From Frankiaceae bacterium (lineage in GTDB: Bacteria > Actinomycetota > Actinomycetes > JADGOV01), in assembly GCA_017882785.1 (NCBI GenBank), contig JADGOV010000002.1, positions 2,685 through 66,684 of the forward strand: 64,000 nucleotides of DNA. Direction: 5' to 3'. Both the position numbers and the translations under genes were made by a program. Below are positions 39,201 to 47,240 of this stretch, one piece after another. Position 1 is the first letter of the stretch, and the number at the start of each line of letters is the position of its first letter. The notes beneath the pieces were generated by a model. It was not told the DNA's origin. It ran no database searches and worked only from the letters and a program-made list of their open reading frames with translations.

Positions 39201-39836
39201 GGTCATCCACGTCGAGCGGTCCGCATCCTGCGCGAAGCGGTTGCGCTCAGCTCGGCGGGAGCACATCCGGTGACCGGTGCCTTGGCGCACGCCATCCTCG
39301 GCTACTGCTATCTGGACAAGGGGGACCCGATCTCCGCGGAGCGCGTCGCCCGGGACGCCTTGACCTACCTGGAGGGCCTCGAACTCGAGCCGCAGGCCGT
39401 TGTGGGTGTCCAGGTCCTTCTCGCGCAGGCGCTGCGGGGGCAGGGCCGGCTTGACGACGCGCTGGCGTTGCTGGCCACGGCGGTCGACGCGGATGTCGAG
39501 CCCACCCTGCTGTTCCCGCGGCGGCAGGCGCTGGCGCACCATGCCGGCGCCTTGCTCGACGCCGGTCGGGTCCAGGAGGCCGTCGTCGAGATCGAGCGGG
39601 CGCTCGCGGTGCCGGCGGAAGATGTGCGCTCCCGGGTGGTCACACTCCGCGTCCTGGCCGCCGTACGCGCTCGCATCGGTGACCCGGGCGGAGCGCGCGA
39701 GGCACTGAACGAGGCACTGGAGATCGCCAAGGTCGCGCAGCAGCGGACGGAGGTCGAGACGACCAAGGCCGCGCTGATCGCTTTGTCGGGACTATCGGGT
39801 ATGTCCGGGATGGGCGGAATGCGGCGGACGCGGTAG
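36222..39836 (+). CDS. zinc-ribbon + class III adenylate/guanylate cyclase + STAND AAA ATPase + TPR protein
   Basis: CPVCG...CFACG ribbon. Cyclase motifs (VLFGDLSDFT, DKLTGDGIMAVFG, VVGDTVNTASRL). Walker A (GDAGIGKTRL). A long Ala/Leu-rich TPR-like C-terminus. The start overlaps the MBL stop (GTGA). Confidence 0.85.
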   Translation: MSMQPGWGRVQRTDGAAGVVRRPMPVRCPVCGTPPVFRARYCFACGASLYVSVEAAEATVERRIVTVLFGDLSDFTAWAEDLDPERVGSVTDRVLAALATAVEDLGGHVDKLTGDGIMAVFGAPIAHEDDPERAIRAAARMQQDVRRLLEDEVGGGRRLGLRVGLNTGEVLAGVQAAMAYTVVGDTVNTASRLADAARIGAIFAGRRTAEATREAASWRALSPLRLRGKRTPVSAFELVALRPPTAVRLGLGDEARFLGRDGELASLVARLLECAERGEPASVLVTGDAGIGKTRLITELIRVTEERPDTHVLRGRCTPYGEGRDLAPVLDWVRTAAGIGEGSEPAVAWTRLRRTVARLWLPDRLPVSAVTEALAALLGLSEPQAPQPRDTVTPGGTAGLDDPLLEGVAALMDGLARSGPLLLVLDDLQWGSPELQATVGAVMSRLSGPVLLLGALRSAQRDPRSGVIADWWRRLPAPDVLILEPLAEGSSEQLLGAYLGGATLAEDARQLLLSRAQGNPFFLEALLHWLVDRRLLVRTEGAWQLEGPLPADVLPAGVQSVLAARIDDLDPDVRAVLGEAAVIGTTFSRSALAAMHGSDGPPLASALNALIERGLVVAPTDLSGGAGYAFTHRLTRDVAYERMSKGERARRHAAVAAWARTEMPGTPGEVDAVVAGHAERALALAAEMGLPEDDLAWQARLVGAAALGRLGDFALARDDDRAADGFFSRAADAGGQALSPRDGLRLVVSRCAVRVRRHHSSGVEETLQPALVATDPAIRAAALVVLGDLRRRRGEVDAARQAFVSALADAGDSGTDQVMAEALRHLGLLNYSAGRLLEADACFRDGLQLAERVGDRRGAGWALQHLAWTATTRGRYAAAAAALAQAGEVFAALEDSGGLSWCAGTEAFVRLLAGRLAEARELASGLVPVAEAVGERWGVAACLTISAHAAAELGDTDDALQDAIVARDRFAELHDTWGQTMAIIALGVAVRCSGHPRRAVRILREAVALSSAGAHPVTGALAHAILGYCYLDKGDPISAERVARDALTYLEGLELEPQAVVGVQVLLAQALRGQGRLDDALALLATAVDADVEPTLLFPRRQALAHHAGALLDAGRVQEAVVEIERALAVPAEDVRSRVVTLRVLAAVRARIGDPGGAREALNEALEIAKVAQQRTEVETTKAALIALSGLSGMSGMGGMRRTR

Positions 39837-39843
39837 CTACGGG

Positions 39844-40563
39844 TCAGCGGGCCCGTCGAGACAGCCGTTCGCTGTCGAGCAGCAGCACCGACCGTCCGTC
39901 CAGGCGGAGCCAGCCACGGCCGGCGAAGTCAGCCAGCGCCTTGTTCACCGTCTCGCGCGACGCCCCGACGAGTTGAGCCAACTCTTCCTGGGTCAGATCG
40001 TGCTGGACCCGCAGGCCCCCGCCCTCGGCGGACTGGCCGAACCGCTGGGCCAGGTCGAGCAGCGCCTTGGCCACTCGGCCTGGTACGTCGGAGAACACCA
40101 GGTCGGCCATCGCCTCGTTGGTCCGCCGGAGTCGGCGGGCCAACGCCGCTAGCAGCTGTTCGGCGACCTCTGGTCGGGCTCGGAGCCATTCGCGGAGCTC
40201 GCCGTGGTCAAGAGCGGCCATCGTGGCCTCGGTCAGCGCCGCCGCGGTCGCGGTCCGCGGGCCCGGGTCGAACAAGGACAGCTCACCGAAGAGCTCTCCC
40301 GGCCCGAGCAGCGTCAGGATGTTCTCCCGGCCGTCCGACGCCGAACGCGAGATCTTGACCTTGCCGGCCAAGACGACGAACAGCCGGTCACCCTTCTGCC
40401 CCTCGGCGAAGACCACGTGCCCGCGGCGGACGGTGCGGCGGGTCATCGCCGCCCGCAGGTGCGCCGCCGCCTCGTGGTCCAGTCCGTCGAACAGCGGCGC
40501 CGACAGCAGGACAGCGTCGAGGGGGTCCGGTGACGGCCCCGATGGGCTTGCCGACGTTTCCAT
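39844..40563 (-). CDS. crp: cAMP receptor protein, Crp/Fnr family
   Basis: cNMP pocket (GELFGELSLFDPGPRTATA) and HTH (TQEELAQLVGASRETVNKALADF). Conserved position next to nth. Confidence 0.9.
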   Translation of the reverse strand: METSASPSGPSPDPLDAVLLSAPLFDGLDHEAAAHLRAAMTRRTVRRGHVVFAEGQKGDRLFVVLAGKVKISRSASDGRENILTLLGPGELFGELSLFDPGPRTATAAALTEATMAALDHGELREWLRARPEVAEQLLAALARRLRRTNEAMADLVFSDVPGRVAKALLDLAQRFGQSAEGGGLRVQHDLTQEELAQLVGASRETVNKALADFAGRGWLRLDGRSVLLLDSERLSRRAR

Positions 40564-40581
40564 CAGCCCTCCGGGCCAGAT

Positions 40582-40875
40582 CTAGCCGCGCACGGCGCTC
40601 CGCTGCGGGCGTAGGGCGGCGAGCCGCCCACGTCCCCAGTAACGCTTGACGGCGGGAGCGTATCCCGTGCCGGTTACACCTTCCAGATCCCCCGGGGTCG
40701 TCGCCGCCTGTGTGGGGACCGTCCCCGGGGTCATCCCCGCCTGGTCAGGGATCGCCAGGTCGATGGTGCCCGGCTCGCGCAGCGACCGCTCGACCCGCTC
40801 CATGAGCAGCGGCAGTGCCAGCAGGGTCAGGGGGAAGAGAAGCAGCAGAAAGGCGAACATAGCGACAGCTAGCAT
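40582..40875 (-). CDS. small membrane protein (one N-terminal TM), unknown function
   Basis: ATG 40875 gives MLAVAMFAFLLLLFPLTLLALPLLMERVE.... It ends 18 nt upstream of the crp start. The longer track ORF (to 41169) is Arg/Gly-rich upstream and overlaps the next gene. Confidence 0.45.
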   Translation of the reverse strand: MLAVAMFAFLLLLFPLTLLALPLLMERVERSLREPGTIDLAIPDQAGMTPGTVPTQAATTPGDLEGVTGTGYAPAVKRYWGRGRLAALRPQRSAVRG

Positions 40876-40937
40876 CCCCGACGAGTCGTTTCCGTACACC
40901 AGCGGGTCCCTCCCATTTGTCCGCCCATGTGTCCCCC

Positions 40938-41516
40938 CTAGTACCCGGTCGTGCGGGGGCGCGTCGGCGGGTTCAGCGGCAGGGCACGGATGGCGAGTGC
41001 CGGCTGCTCGCGGTAGCGCGCGATGAGCTCCGCGGTCGCCCCATCGATGCGCGCGTGCAACGAGTGGCGGTAGGCGGACAGCTGCTCCTCGGCGGCCTCC
41101 AGCCGGCCCAGCAACTCCGTCAGGGCACTCTCCGCCAGCGGGTCGTCTTCCGGCGTGTCCAGCCGCCACAGCTCCTCGAGTCCGGGTAGCGGCGGCAGGC
41201 CGGCTGCCGGCACGACCTGGAGGAGCGCATTCCGGCCGCCGTCGAGGTCGTCCGTGCGCAGGTTGCGTTGCCGCGCCCGTCGGCCGGCGCCGCCGCTGTG
41301 GCGGCCGCCGCTGCTGCTGATGGTGTCCAGCCGAGCCTGCAGGACCCGCCGCCAGTAGGAGACCCGCGTCTCCTCGTCGGCGAGCTCATTGCGGTAGGCG
41401 CGAAGCTCGTCTAGGGCGAGGTGGTCGAAGACGGGGGAACGGACCGGCTGGGGCCGTTCGCGGCGGAACCCGGACGGCTGCTCGGGGACGCCGGGGTTGG
41501 CAGGCGGATCTGCCAC
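40938..41516 (-). CDS. RsiG-like coiled-coil protein with two ExxxSxxRxxx(Q/H)xxxD motifs
   Basis: GTG 41516 with GGAGGA 7 nt upstream. Motif 1 is EETRVSYWRRVLQARLD and motif 2 is EEQLSAYRHSLHARID, about 94 residues apart. Confidence 0.55.
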   Translation of the reverse strand: MADPPANPGVPEQPSGFRRERPQPVRSPVFDHLALDELRAYRNELADEETRVSYWRRVLQARLDTISSSGGRHSGGAGRRARQRNLRTDDLDGGRNALLQVVPAAGLPPLPGLEELWRLDTPEDDPLAESALTELLGRLEAAEEQLSAYRHSLHARIDGATAELIARYREQPALAIRALPLNPPTRPRTTGY

Positions 41517-41711
41517 GCTGCAGTCCTCCGGGCTCTCTCCGACGCTCCGGCCGCGCTCGACCGTCCCTCCTGTGCCTCGGCACTCTGGCTCCGGCCTTGA
41601 GCACGGCACCCGGCGGATACGGGCCCCTCCGCCGGCCATCTGTGGGCATCGCGGCGTCCGCAGAGCGTTCGGCGCCGCCCGGGTTGCCCCGGTGGACAGT
41701 AGATTGGGCAG

Positions 41712-42449
41712 GTGCCCGCCTCGATCCACGCGCCGAGCGAGACCCCGTTAGCGCGCACCCGGCGGGCCCGTCGCATCGCCCGAAAACTTGCCGCGGCCTA
41801 CCCGGATGCGCGCTGCGAGCTGGCATTCAGCACGCCGTTGGAGCTGGTGGTCGCCACCATCCTGTCTGCCCAGTGCACCGACCGGAGGGTCAACGAGGTG
41901 ACCCCCGCGGTCTTCGCCCGCTACCCCACGGCAGCCGACTACGCGCGCGCCGACGGTACGGAGCTGGCGGGGCTCATCCGGCCCACCGGCTTCTTCCGGG
42001 CCAAGACGACGAGGCTCATCGGCCTGGGGCAGGCCCTCGACGAGCGCTTCGACGGCACCGTGCCGGCCCGACTGGTCGACCTCGTCACGCTGCCCGGTGT
42101 GGGCCGCAAAACGGCGAATGTCGTGTTGGGCAACGCCTACGGCCTACCGGGGATCACCGTCGACACCCACGTCGGGCGCCTCGCCCGGCGGCTGGGCTGG
42201 ACCACCGATATCGACCCGGTCAAGGTGGAGGCGCAGATCGCCGCGCTGATCCCGAAGACGCAGTGGACCCAGCTGTCGCACCAGCTGATCTTTCATGGTC
42301 GGCGCGTCTGTCATGCTCGCCGGCCCGCCTGCGGTGCCTGCCCGATCGCCTCCGACTGCCCGGCGTACGGCTTGGGACCGATCGACCCGGTGCTGGCCGC
42401 GCGGCTGGTCAAGTCCGCGGCTGACCCGCCGGCGTCGGTGCCGGCGTGA
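41712..42449 (+). CDS. nth: endonuclease III
   Basis: HhH-GPD ([16 protein letters not shown]) and the Fe-S cluster motif C-x6-C-x2-C-x5-C ([17 protein letters not shown]). Confidence 0.9.
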   Translation: MPASIHAPSETPLARTRRARRIARKLAAAYPDARCELAFSTPLELVVATILSAQCTDRRVNEVTPAVFARYPTAADYARADGTELAGLIRPTGFFRAKTTRLIGLGQALDERFDGTVPARLVDLVTLPGVGRKTANVVLGNAYGLPGITVDTHVGRLARRLGWTTDIDPVKVEAQIAALIPKTQWTQLSHQLIFHGRRVCHARRPACGACPIASDCPAYGLGPIDPVLAARLVKSAADPPASVPA

Positions 42450-43084
42450 CGGGCCCGATGCGGGGCAGGCTGGCGGCCGCATCGATGGCCGTGCTCGCGG
42501 CCGCCGGGTGCGCGGCCGGCGGAACCGCGACCGGCGGAAGGGCGGCCGGGAAGCCCGCGGTCACGGCCGGAACCTCCGGGACACCGACCGCAGGCTTGGT
42601 CGCGGCCGCGGCGCTGGCGCCCTGCCCGCCTGGCGGGCCGACCGGGTCGCCGTCCCGTTCAGCCCGCGACGGGCTGCCGTCGCTGACCCTGAGCTGCCTC
42701 GGTGCCGGGCCGCCGGTGGCGCTTCCCCGGCTCGCCGGGCCGGCACTGGTCAACCTCTGGGCGGCGTGGTGCCAGCCGTGCCGGAGGGAGATGCCGGTGC
42801 TGCAGACGCTGCACGCCCTGGCCAGAGGCCGCCTGCAGGTGTTGGGCGTCGTCACCGACGACGACCGGCGCGATGCGTTGAGCGCCGCCCGCGCGCTCGG
42901 CGTGCACTATCCCTCGGTGCTGGACAGTCGGGGCACGCTGCGCCGGTCGCTGGGCTTCACCGGGCCGCCGATCACCCTTGTGGTGGACCGCGAGGGGCGG
43001 ATTGCGGCACGGATCGTCGGTCCGGTGCCGGCGTTGCCGGCACTCGCCGCGGTCATCCGCCGCGAGGTCGGGGTCGCCTTGTGA
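42446..43084 (+). CDS. TlpA-like thiol:disulfide oxidoreductase lipoprotein (Rv3673c-like)
   Basis: Lipobox-like LAAAGC and a thioredoxin motif ([11 protein letters not shown]). GTGA overlap with nth. Confidence 0.8.
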   Translation: MTGPMRGRLAAASMAVLAAAGCAAGGTATGGRAAGKPAVTAGTSGTPTAGLVAAAALAPCPPGGPTGSPSRSARDGLPSLTLSCLGAGPPVALPRLAGPALVNLWAAWCQPCRREMPVLQTLHALARGRLQVLGVVTDDDRRDALSAARALGVHYPSVLDSRGTLRRSLGFTGPPITLVVDREGRIAARIVGPVPALPALAAVIRREVGVAL

Positions 43085-43115
43085 GGCGGGGGAGTCCCCG
43101 GCCGCCGCGAGGGTC

Positions 43116-43841
43116 GTGGTGAGTCGGCACCCGGGTGGACCCATCGCACAACCTGCCCTGCCGGCCGACCTGCCGGGCTGGATCGAGCCGCTGGTCCAGG
43201 CGACGCGCTCGGTTCGTCCGGGCGAACTCCCGCCGCTCCCGGCGCCGGACGAAGGCGGCCGGGAGTCGGCGGTTCTCATGCTCTTCGGCGAGGGCCCCGC
43301 CGGGCCGGACGTGTTGCTCATCGAGCGCAGCGCGCACCTGCGCAGTCACGCCGGCCAGCCGGCCTTCCCCGGTGGCGCCGTTGATCCCGACGACGACGGG
43401 CCCGTCGCTGCGGCCCTGCGTGAGGCCGGGGAGGAGACCGGTCTGGATCCGGCCGGTGTGGAGGTCGTCGCCATCCTGCCGCCGGTGTGGCTGCCGCCCA
43501 GCGGTTTCATGGTCTATCCGGTGCTCGGTTGGTGGCGGGTGCCGTCCGCAGTCGCGGCGGGCGACCCCGGGGAGGTGGCCGCGGTCCTGCGCGTGCCGAT
43601 CAGCGATCTCGTCGACCCGGCGTACCGCTGCCGGGTCCGGCACCCCAGCGGCTGGGTGGGGCCTGCCTTCGCTCTCGATGACCTGCTGGTGTGGGGTTTT
43701 ACCGCCGTGCTGCTCGACCGGCTGCTCGTCCTCGGCGGGTTCGAGCAGCCGTGGGATCCCGAACGGACCATGGAGTTGCCGCCCGAGGCGCTCCGGTTGG
43801 CTGCCGGGACGCAGCCCCCTCCCGGCGCAGCGGCCGGCTGA
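43116..43841 (+). CDS. NUDIX hydrolase (CoA-pyrophosphatase-like, Rv3672c-like)
   Basis: Nudix box GGAVDPDDDGPVAAALREAGEETGL. The start is GTG 43116 or 43119. The upstream part of the track ORF overlaps the redoxin gene. Confidence 0.75.
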   Translation: MVSRHPGGPIAQPALPADLPGWIEPLVQATRSVRPGELPPLPAPDEGGRESAVLMLFGEGPAGPDVLLIERSAHLRSHAGQPAFPGGAVDPDDDGPVAAALREAGEETGLDPAGVEVVAILPPVWLPPSGFMVYPVLGWWRVPSAVAAGDPGEVAAVLRVPISDLVDPAYRCRVRHPSGWVGPAFALDDLLVWGFTAVLLDRLLVLGGFEQPWDPERTMELPPEALRLAAGTQPPPGAAAG

Positions 43842-43869
43842 CACAGCTGCCGCGCCTACGCTGATCCCC

Positions 43870-45054
43870 ATGCACGGCGACCTGCTGGATGTCTTCCTGC
43901 TGGCTGCCTGCGTGTTGTTCGGCATCTCCGGGTATCGGCAGGGCTTTCTCATCGGCGTGCTGTCCTTCGCCGGGTTTCTCGGCGGCGGTGCGCTGGGCGC
44001 CAAGCTGGCCCCCTCCCTCGCCCGGCGGTGGGCCGGCAGCAACGCGGCGATCGTCGGGCTGATTGTGGTGTTCGTGGCAGCCGTCGCGGGCCAGTTCCTC
44101 GCCTCCACGGTGGGTGTGATGCTGCGCCGGCGGGTCACCTGGCGGCCGGCGCAGACGGTGGACTCGGCCGCCGGGGCTGCGATCAGCATCTGCTCGGTGC
44201 TCCTCGTCGCCTGGCTCCTCGGCACCGCGGTGGCGCACTCCTCGCTCGTCGGCCTGGGTCGGCAGGCTCGCGACTCACGGGTCCTCGGCGCAGTCGACGG
44301 GGTCATGCCGGACTCCGCCCGCGTCTGGTTCTCCTCCTTCCGCCGGTTGTTGAATGACTACGCCTTTCCGCAGGTGTTCAGTTCCCTCGGCGGTGAGAAT
44401 GGCCCCCAGGTGGGGCCGCCGGACCGCTCGGTGTTGACGACGCCGGCCCTGCTGGCGGCGCGGCGCGGCGTGGTGAAGATCACCGGGGACGCCGAAGCGT
44501 GTGACCGGCGGCTGGAAGGCAGCGGCTTCGTGTACGCCCCGCAGCACGTCCTGACCAACGCGCACGTCGTGGCCGGGGTGGGATCCCCGACCGTGCGAGT
44601 GAGTGCCGGCGGACCGCCGCTGCGGGCCCGGGTGGTCGCCTTTGACCCGGACCGGGACGTGGCCGTGCTCTACGTCCCGGAGTTGCGCCGCTCGCGGCTG
44701 CGCTTCGACGGGCCCGCGAAGCGGGGGGCCAGCGCGGTCGTGGCCGGGTATCCGCAGGACGGACCGTTCACCCCCGTTCCGGCACGAGTACGCGGCCTGC
44801 AGCAGGCCCGCGGCCCCGACATCTACCAGCGCCGGCAGGTCGTCCGGCAGATCTATTCGCTGCGGGCCGTGGTCCGGCCGGGCAACTCCGGTGGGCCGCT
44901 GCTCTCCCCGGCCGGCAGGGTGTACGGGGTGGTCTTCGCCGCCGCCGTCGATCGTTCGGACACCGGCTACGCGTTGACGGCCGCCGAGGTCCAACCGACG
45001 GCTCGGGCGTCGTCCGCCACCACCACCCGGGTGAGTACCGGGCAGTGCGACTGA
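43870..45054 (+). CDS. marP: MarP-type membrane serine protease (CvpA-like TM domain + trypsin-like domain)
   Basis: ATG 43870. Four N-terminal TM segments. Catalytic triad context TNAHVV, DVAVL, GNSGGPL. Confidence 0.85.
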   Translation: MHGDLLDVFLLAACVLFGISGYRQGFLIGVLSFAGFLGGGALGAKLAPSLARRWAGSNAAIVGLIVVFVAAVAGQFLASTVGVMLRRRVTWRPAQTVDSAAGAAISICSVLLVAWLLGTAVAHSSLVGLGRQARDSRVLGAVDGVMPDSARVWFSSFRRLLNDYAFPQVFSSLGGENGPQVGPPDRSVLTTPALLAARRGVVKITGDAEACDRRLEGSGFVYAPQHVLTNAHVVAGVGSPTVRVSAGGPPLRARVVAFDPDRDVAVLYVPELRRSRLRFDGPAKRGASAVVAGYPQDGPFTPVPARVRGLQQARGPDIYQRRQVVRQIYSLRAVVRPGNSGGPLLSPAGRVYGVVFAAAVDRSDTGYALTAAEVQPTARASSATTTRVSTGQCD

Positions 45055-45071
45055 TCATGTCAGCCCCCGCC

Positions 45072-46466
45072 TCAGCGCAGCGCGAGCCGCAGGTCCTCCC
45101 GACTCAGGCCGCTCAACCCCTGCGTACCCAGCCGGTCGGCCAGTGATCGCGCCTGCTCGAGGAGAGGGTCGATCGTCAGGCCGTACTGCGGTGGGCCGGG
45201 GGACAGGGCGGCGTACCCTGCCACGCGGTCCGCGCCGCGACGCAGGAGCCGGATGGCCCCCGTCGCGTTCCCGCGTTGGGCGTGGGTGAGTCCGACCGCG
45301 ATCTGGGCTAGTCCTCGCCACAGTTCGCGCTGCGTGGCCGGCGCCTGCTTCCACACCGCCTCCAGGACCTCGTGCGCGGCGAACGGCTCGCCGTCCTCGA
45401 TCAGCCGCTGCGCCTCCGCCAGGGCCTCCGCAGGGGGCAGCGCCGGTGCTTCCGGGGACGGCGACCGCCCCGGGACCCCCCGCGGCAGCGGACGGCCGCT
45501 GGCGTCGCGGGCCCGGGCGTTGCGCGGGCGACCCCGCTCGTCGCGGTCCCGCGGCACCGGGTCGCGCTCGGTCAGCCAGTTCAGCAGGAGCGTGTTGATC
45601 CGCTCCGGTGCCTCCTCGTGGGGATAGTGGCCGACTCCGCTGAGCAACCGCCAGTCGTACTGTGCCTCGACGTAGCGCCCGCCGCCGATCGCCGTGGCCG
45701 TCGGCATACACCCGTCCAACTCGCCGTGGACCTGCAGCGTCGGGCAGCGCACCCCGGCGGCGAGCAGTCGGGCCGCGCGCGCTCCGTCCGGCCGCGGCAG
45801 CGAGCGGACGAACCAGCGGTAGTACTCCAACGCGGAATGCGCCACGCCAGGGATGCCCATCGCGTCCCGGTAGCGACGACTCGCCTCCGCATCCGACCAG
45901 CCCGGGGCGGTCCAGGCCGCCATCAGCCGGCCCACGTTGACCGCGTCATGCCGGGTGAGCCACCGCTCGGGGAGGCGGGGGAGCTGGAAACGCAGTGCGT
46001 ACGCACTGGCGCGAAGCTGAACCGGGTGCAGCCGGATCGCCGAGCGCAGGCGCAGCGGGTGCGGCATGGAGAGCACAGCGAGCCGGCGCACGATCTGTGG
46101 ATGACGAGTGGCCACCGTCCAGCCGAGCAGCGCGCCCCAGTCGTGCCCGACGACCACGGCTTCGCGTTCGCCCAGAGCGCGGACCATGCCGGCGACGTCC
46201 TCGGCGAGGGTGAGCAGGTCATACCCGCGTGGCGGCTTGTCGCTGGCGCCGTACCCGCGCAGGTCCGGGGCGACCACCCGAAATCCCGCCTCGCTCAACG
46301 CCACCAACTGGGAGCGCCAGGCCCACCAGAATTCTGGGAAGCCGTGCAACAGGAGCACGAGCGGCCCGGTCCCGGTCTCGGCGGCGTGGAACCGGGCCCC
46401 GTTCGCGGAAATCTCCCGGTGGGTCCAGGGCCCCTCGACCAGGACGACCGACTCCTGCTCGACCAT
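45072..46466 (-). CDS. alpha/beta (epoxide) hydrolase fused to a C-terminal DUF309-like domain
   Basis: HGFPEFWW (HGxP) and the GHDWG nucleophile elbow. After an Arg/Pro linker comes a helical DUF309-like module (FAAHEVLEAVWK...GLAQIAVGLTHAQRGNATGA). Confidence 0.8.
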   Translation of the reverse strand: MVEQESVVLVEGPWTHREISANGARFHAAETGTGPLVLLLHGFPEFWWAWRSQLVALSEAGFRVVAPDLRGYGASDKPPRGYDLLTLAEDVAGMVRALGEREAVVVGHDWGALLGWTVATRHPQIVRRLAVLSMPHPLRLRSAIRLHPVQLRASAYALRFQLPRLPERWLTRHDAVNVGRLMAAWTAPGWSDAEASRRYRDAMGIPGVAHSALEYYRWFVRSLPRPDGARAARLLAAGVRCPTLQVHGELDGCMPTATAIGGGRYVEAQYDWRLLSGVGHYPHEEAPERINTLLLNWLTERDPVPRDRDERGRPRNARARDASGRPLPRGVPGRSPSPEAPALPPAEALAEAQRLIEDGEPFAAHEVLEAVWKQAPATQRELWRGLAQIAVGLTHAQRGNATGAIRLLRRGADRVAGYAALSPGPPQYGLTIDPLLEQARSLADRLGTQGLSGLSREDLRLALR

Positions 46467-46492
46467 TCCCGCAGAGTAGGTGACGCTCTGCG

Positions 46493-46939
46493 CTAGTGCC
46501 TCGTGCGGACGACGTCGGTGGTCGCGGGCGCCGCTGTCGGGTTCTTCACCCAGGCGATGTCGTCCCGCACCGTCTGGATTGTCCGTTGGGGGGGTCCGAC
46601 CTTCTTCATGCTCTTCACCCCGCCGAACGCCAGGCCACCGGCGATGAGCAGGTAGAGAACGCCGACGATGAGGAAACCCACGCCCAACGGCAGACCCAAC
46701 CCGAAGATCCCGTAGGCCAGGGCGACGGAGAGGAACAGCGTCGCCAGCAAGGCCAGAAAGCCGGCGCCACCGAGAAAGCCGGCGCCGAGGCCGGCCCGCT
46801 TGGCATCGACTGCGAGCTCGGTCTTCGCCAGTTCGATCTCATTGTGGATCAGTACGGACATATCGCGGCTGACCGTGGCGAACAGCTGCCCGACGGACTG
46901 CTCCTCGACGGGGGTGCCACCGACGGTGGTGCTAGGCAC
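46493..46939 (-). CDS. holin-X/'phage holin family' type small membrane protein
   Basis: GAGGAGG RBS. Amphipathic N-terminus, then two Gly/Ala/Leu-rich TM helices. Conserved position beside the EphE-like gene. Confidence 0.6.
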   Translation of the reverse strand: MPSTTVGGTPVEEQSVGQLFATVSRDMSVLIHNEIELAKTELAVDAKRAGLGAGFLGGAGFLALLATLFLSVALAYGIFGLGLPLGVGFLIVGVLYLLIAGGLAFGGVKSMKKVGPPQRTIQTVRDDIAWVKNPTAAPATTDVVRTRH

Positions 46940-47007
46940 GTGCCCTACCTCCTCGACATAGTGCGACCTCGTGTGCGCTCATTCCGTCTCGCGCGCCGGG
47001 CTCGCGC

Positions 47008-47065
47008 ACTGAGCATCGCGTACCCGCGAACTGAGCATCGCGTACCCGCGATCGCTTACCCGGCG
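47008..47065. repeat. perfect 22-bp tandem duplication plus a third degenerate half-unit; each unit contains the palindrome TCGCG-TACC-CGCGA
   Basis: actgagcatcgcgtacccgcga occurs at 47008-47029 and again at 47030-47051, followed by tcgcttacccggcg. It lies in the divergent intergenic region. Confidence 0.9.
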
Positions 47066-47240
47066 TTCTTCGCCGATACACAGCATGCTGGACGGTCATC
47101 CACCCTGATCGTCGGGGTCGGTTTGCGCCGGACAGCCGACGATGGCGGCCGTGTTGAGGATGCGATGCGGACAATTCTGACCGTGCGGACGGGACTGGGC
47201 TGGATATATGCATTCCCGGCCGGTCGCTAGCCTGCCAGGC

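Noticed and set aside
46493-46939. The 'phage holin family' gene as a sign of a prophage
   Set aside because: No capsid, tail, terminase, integrase or lysin genes are nearby. The gene sits in a conserved chromosomal slot next to the EphE-like hydrolase.
47008-47065. Direct repeats as a possible CRISPR array (also 53128-53177 and 57030-57075)
   Set aside because: Only 2-4 units are present, they are directly adjacent or 10-12 bp phased with no spacers, and there are no cas genes.
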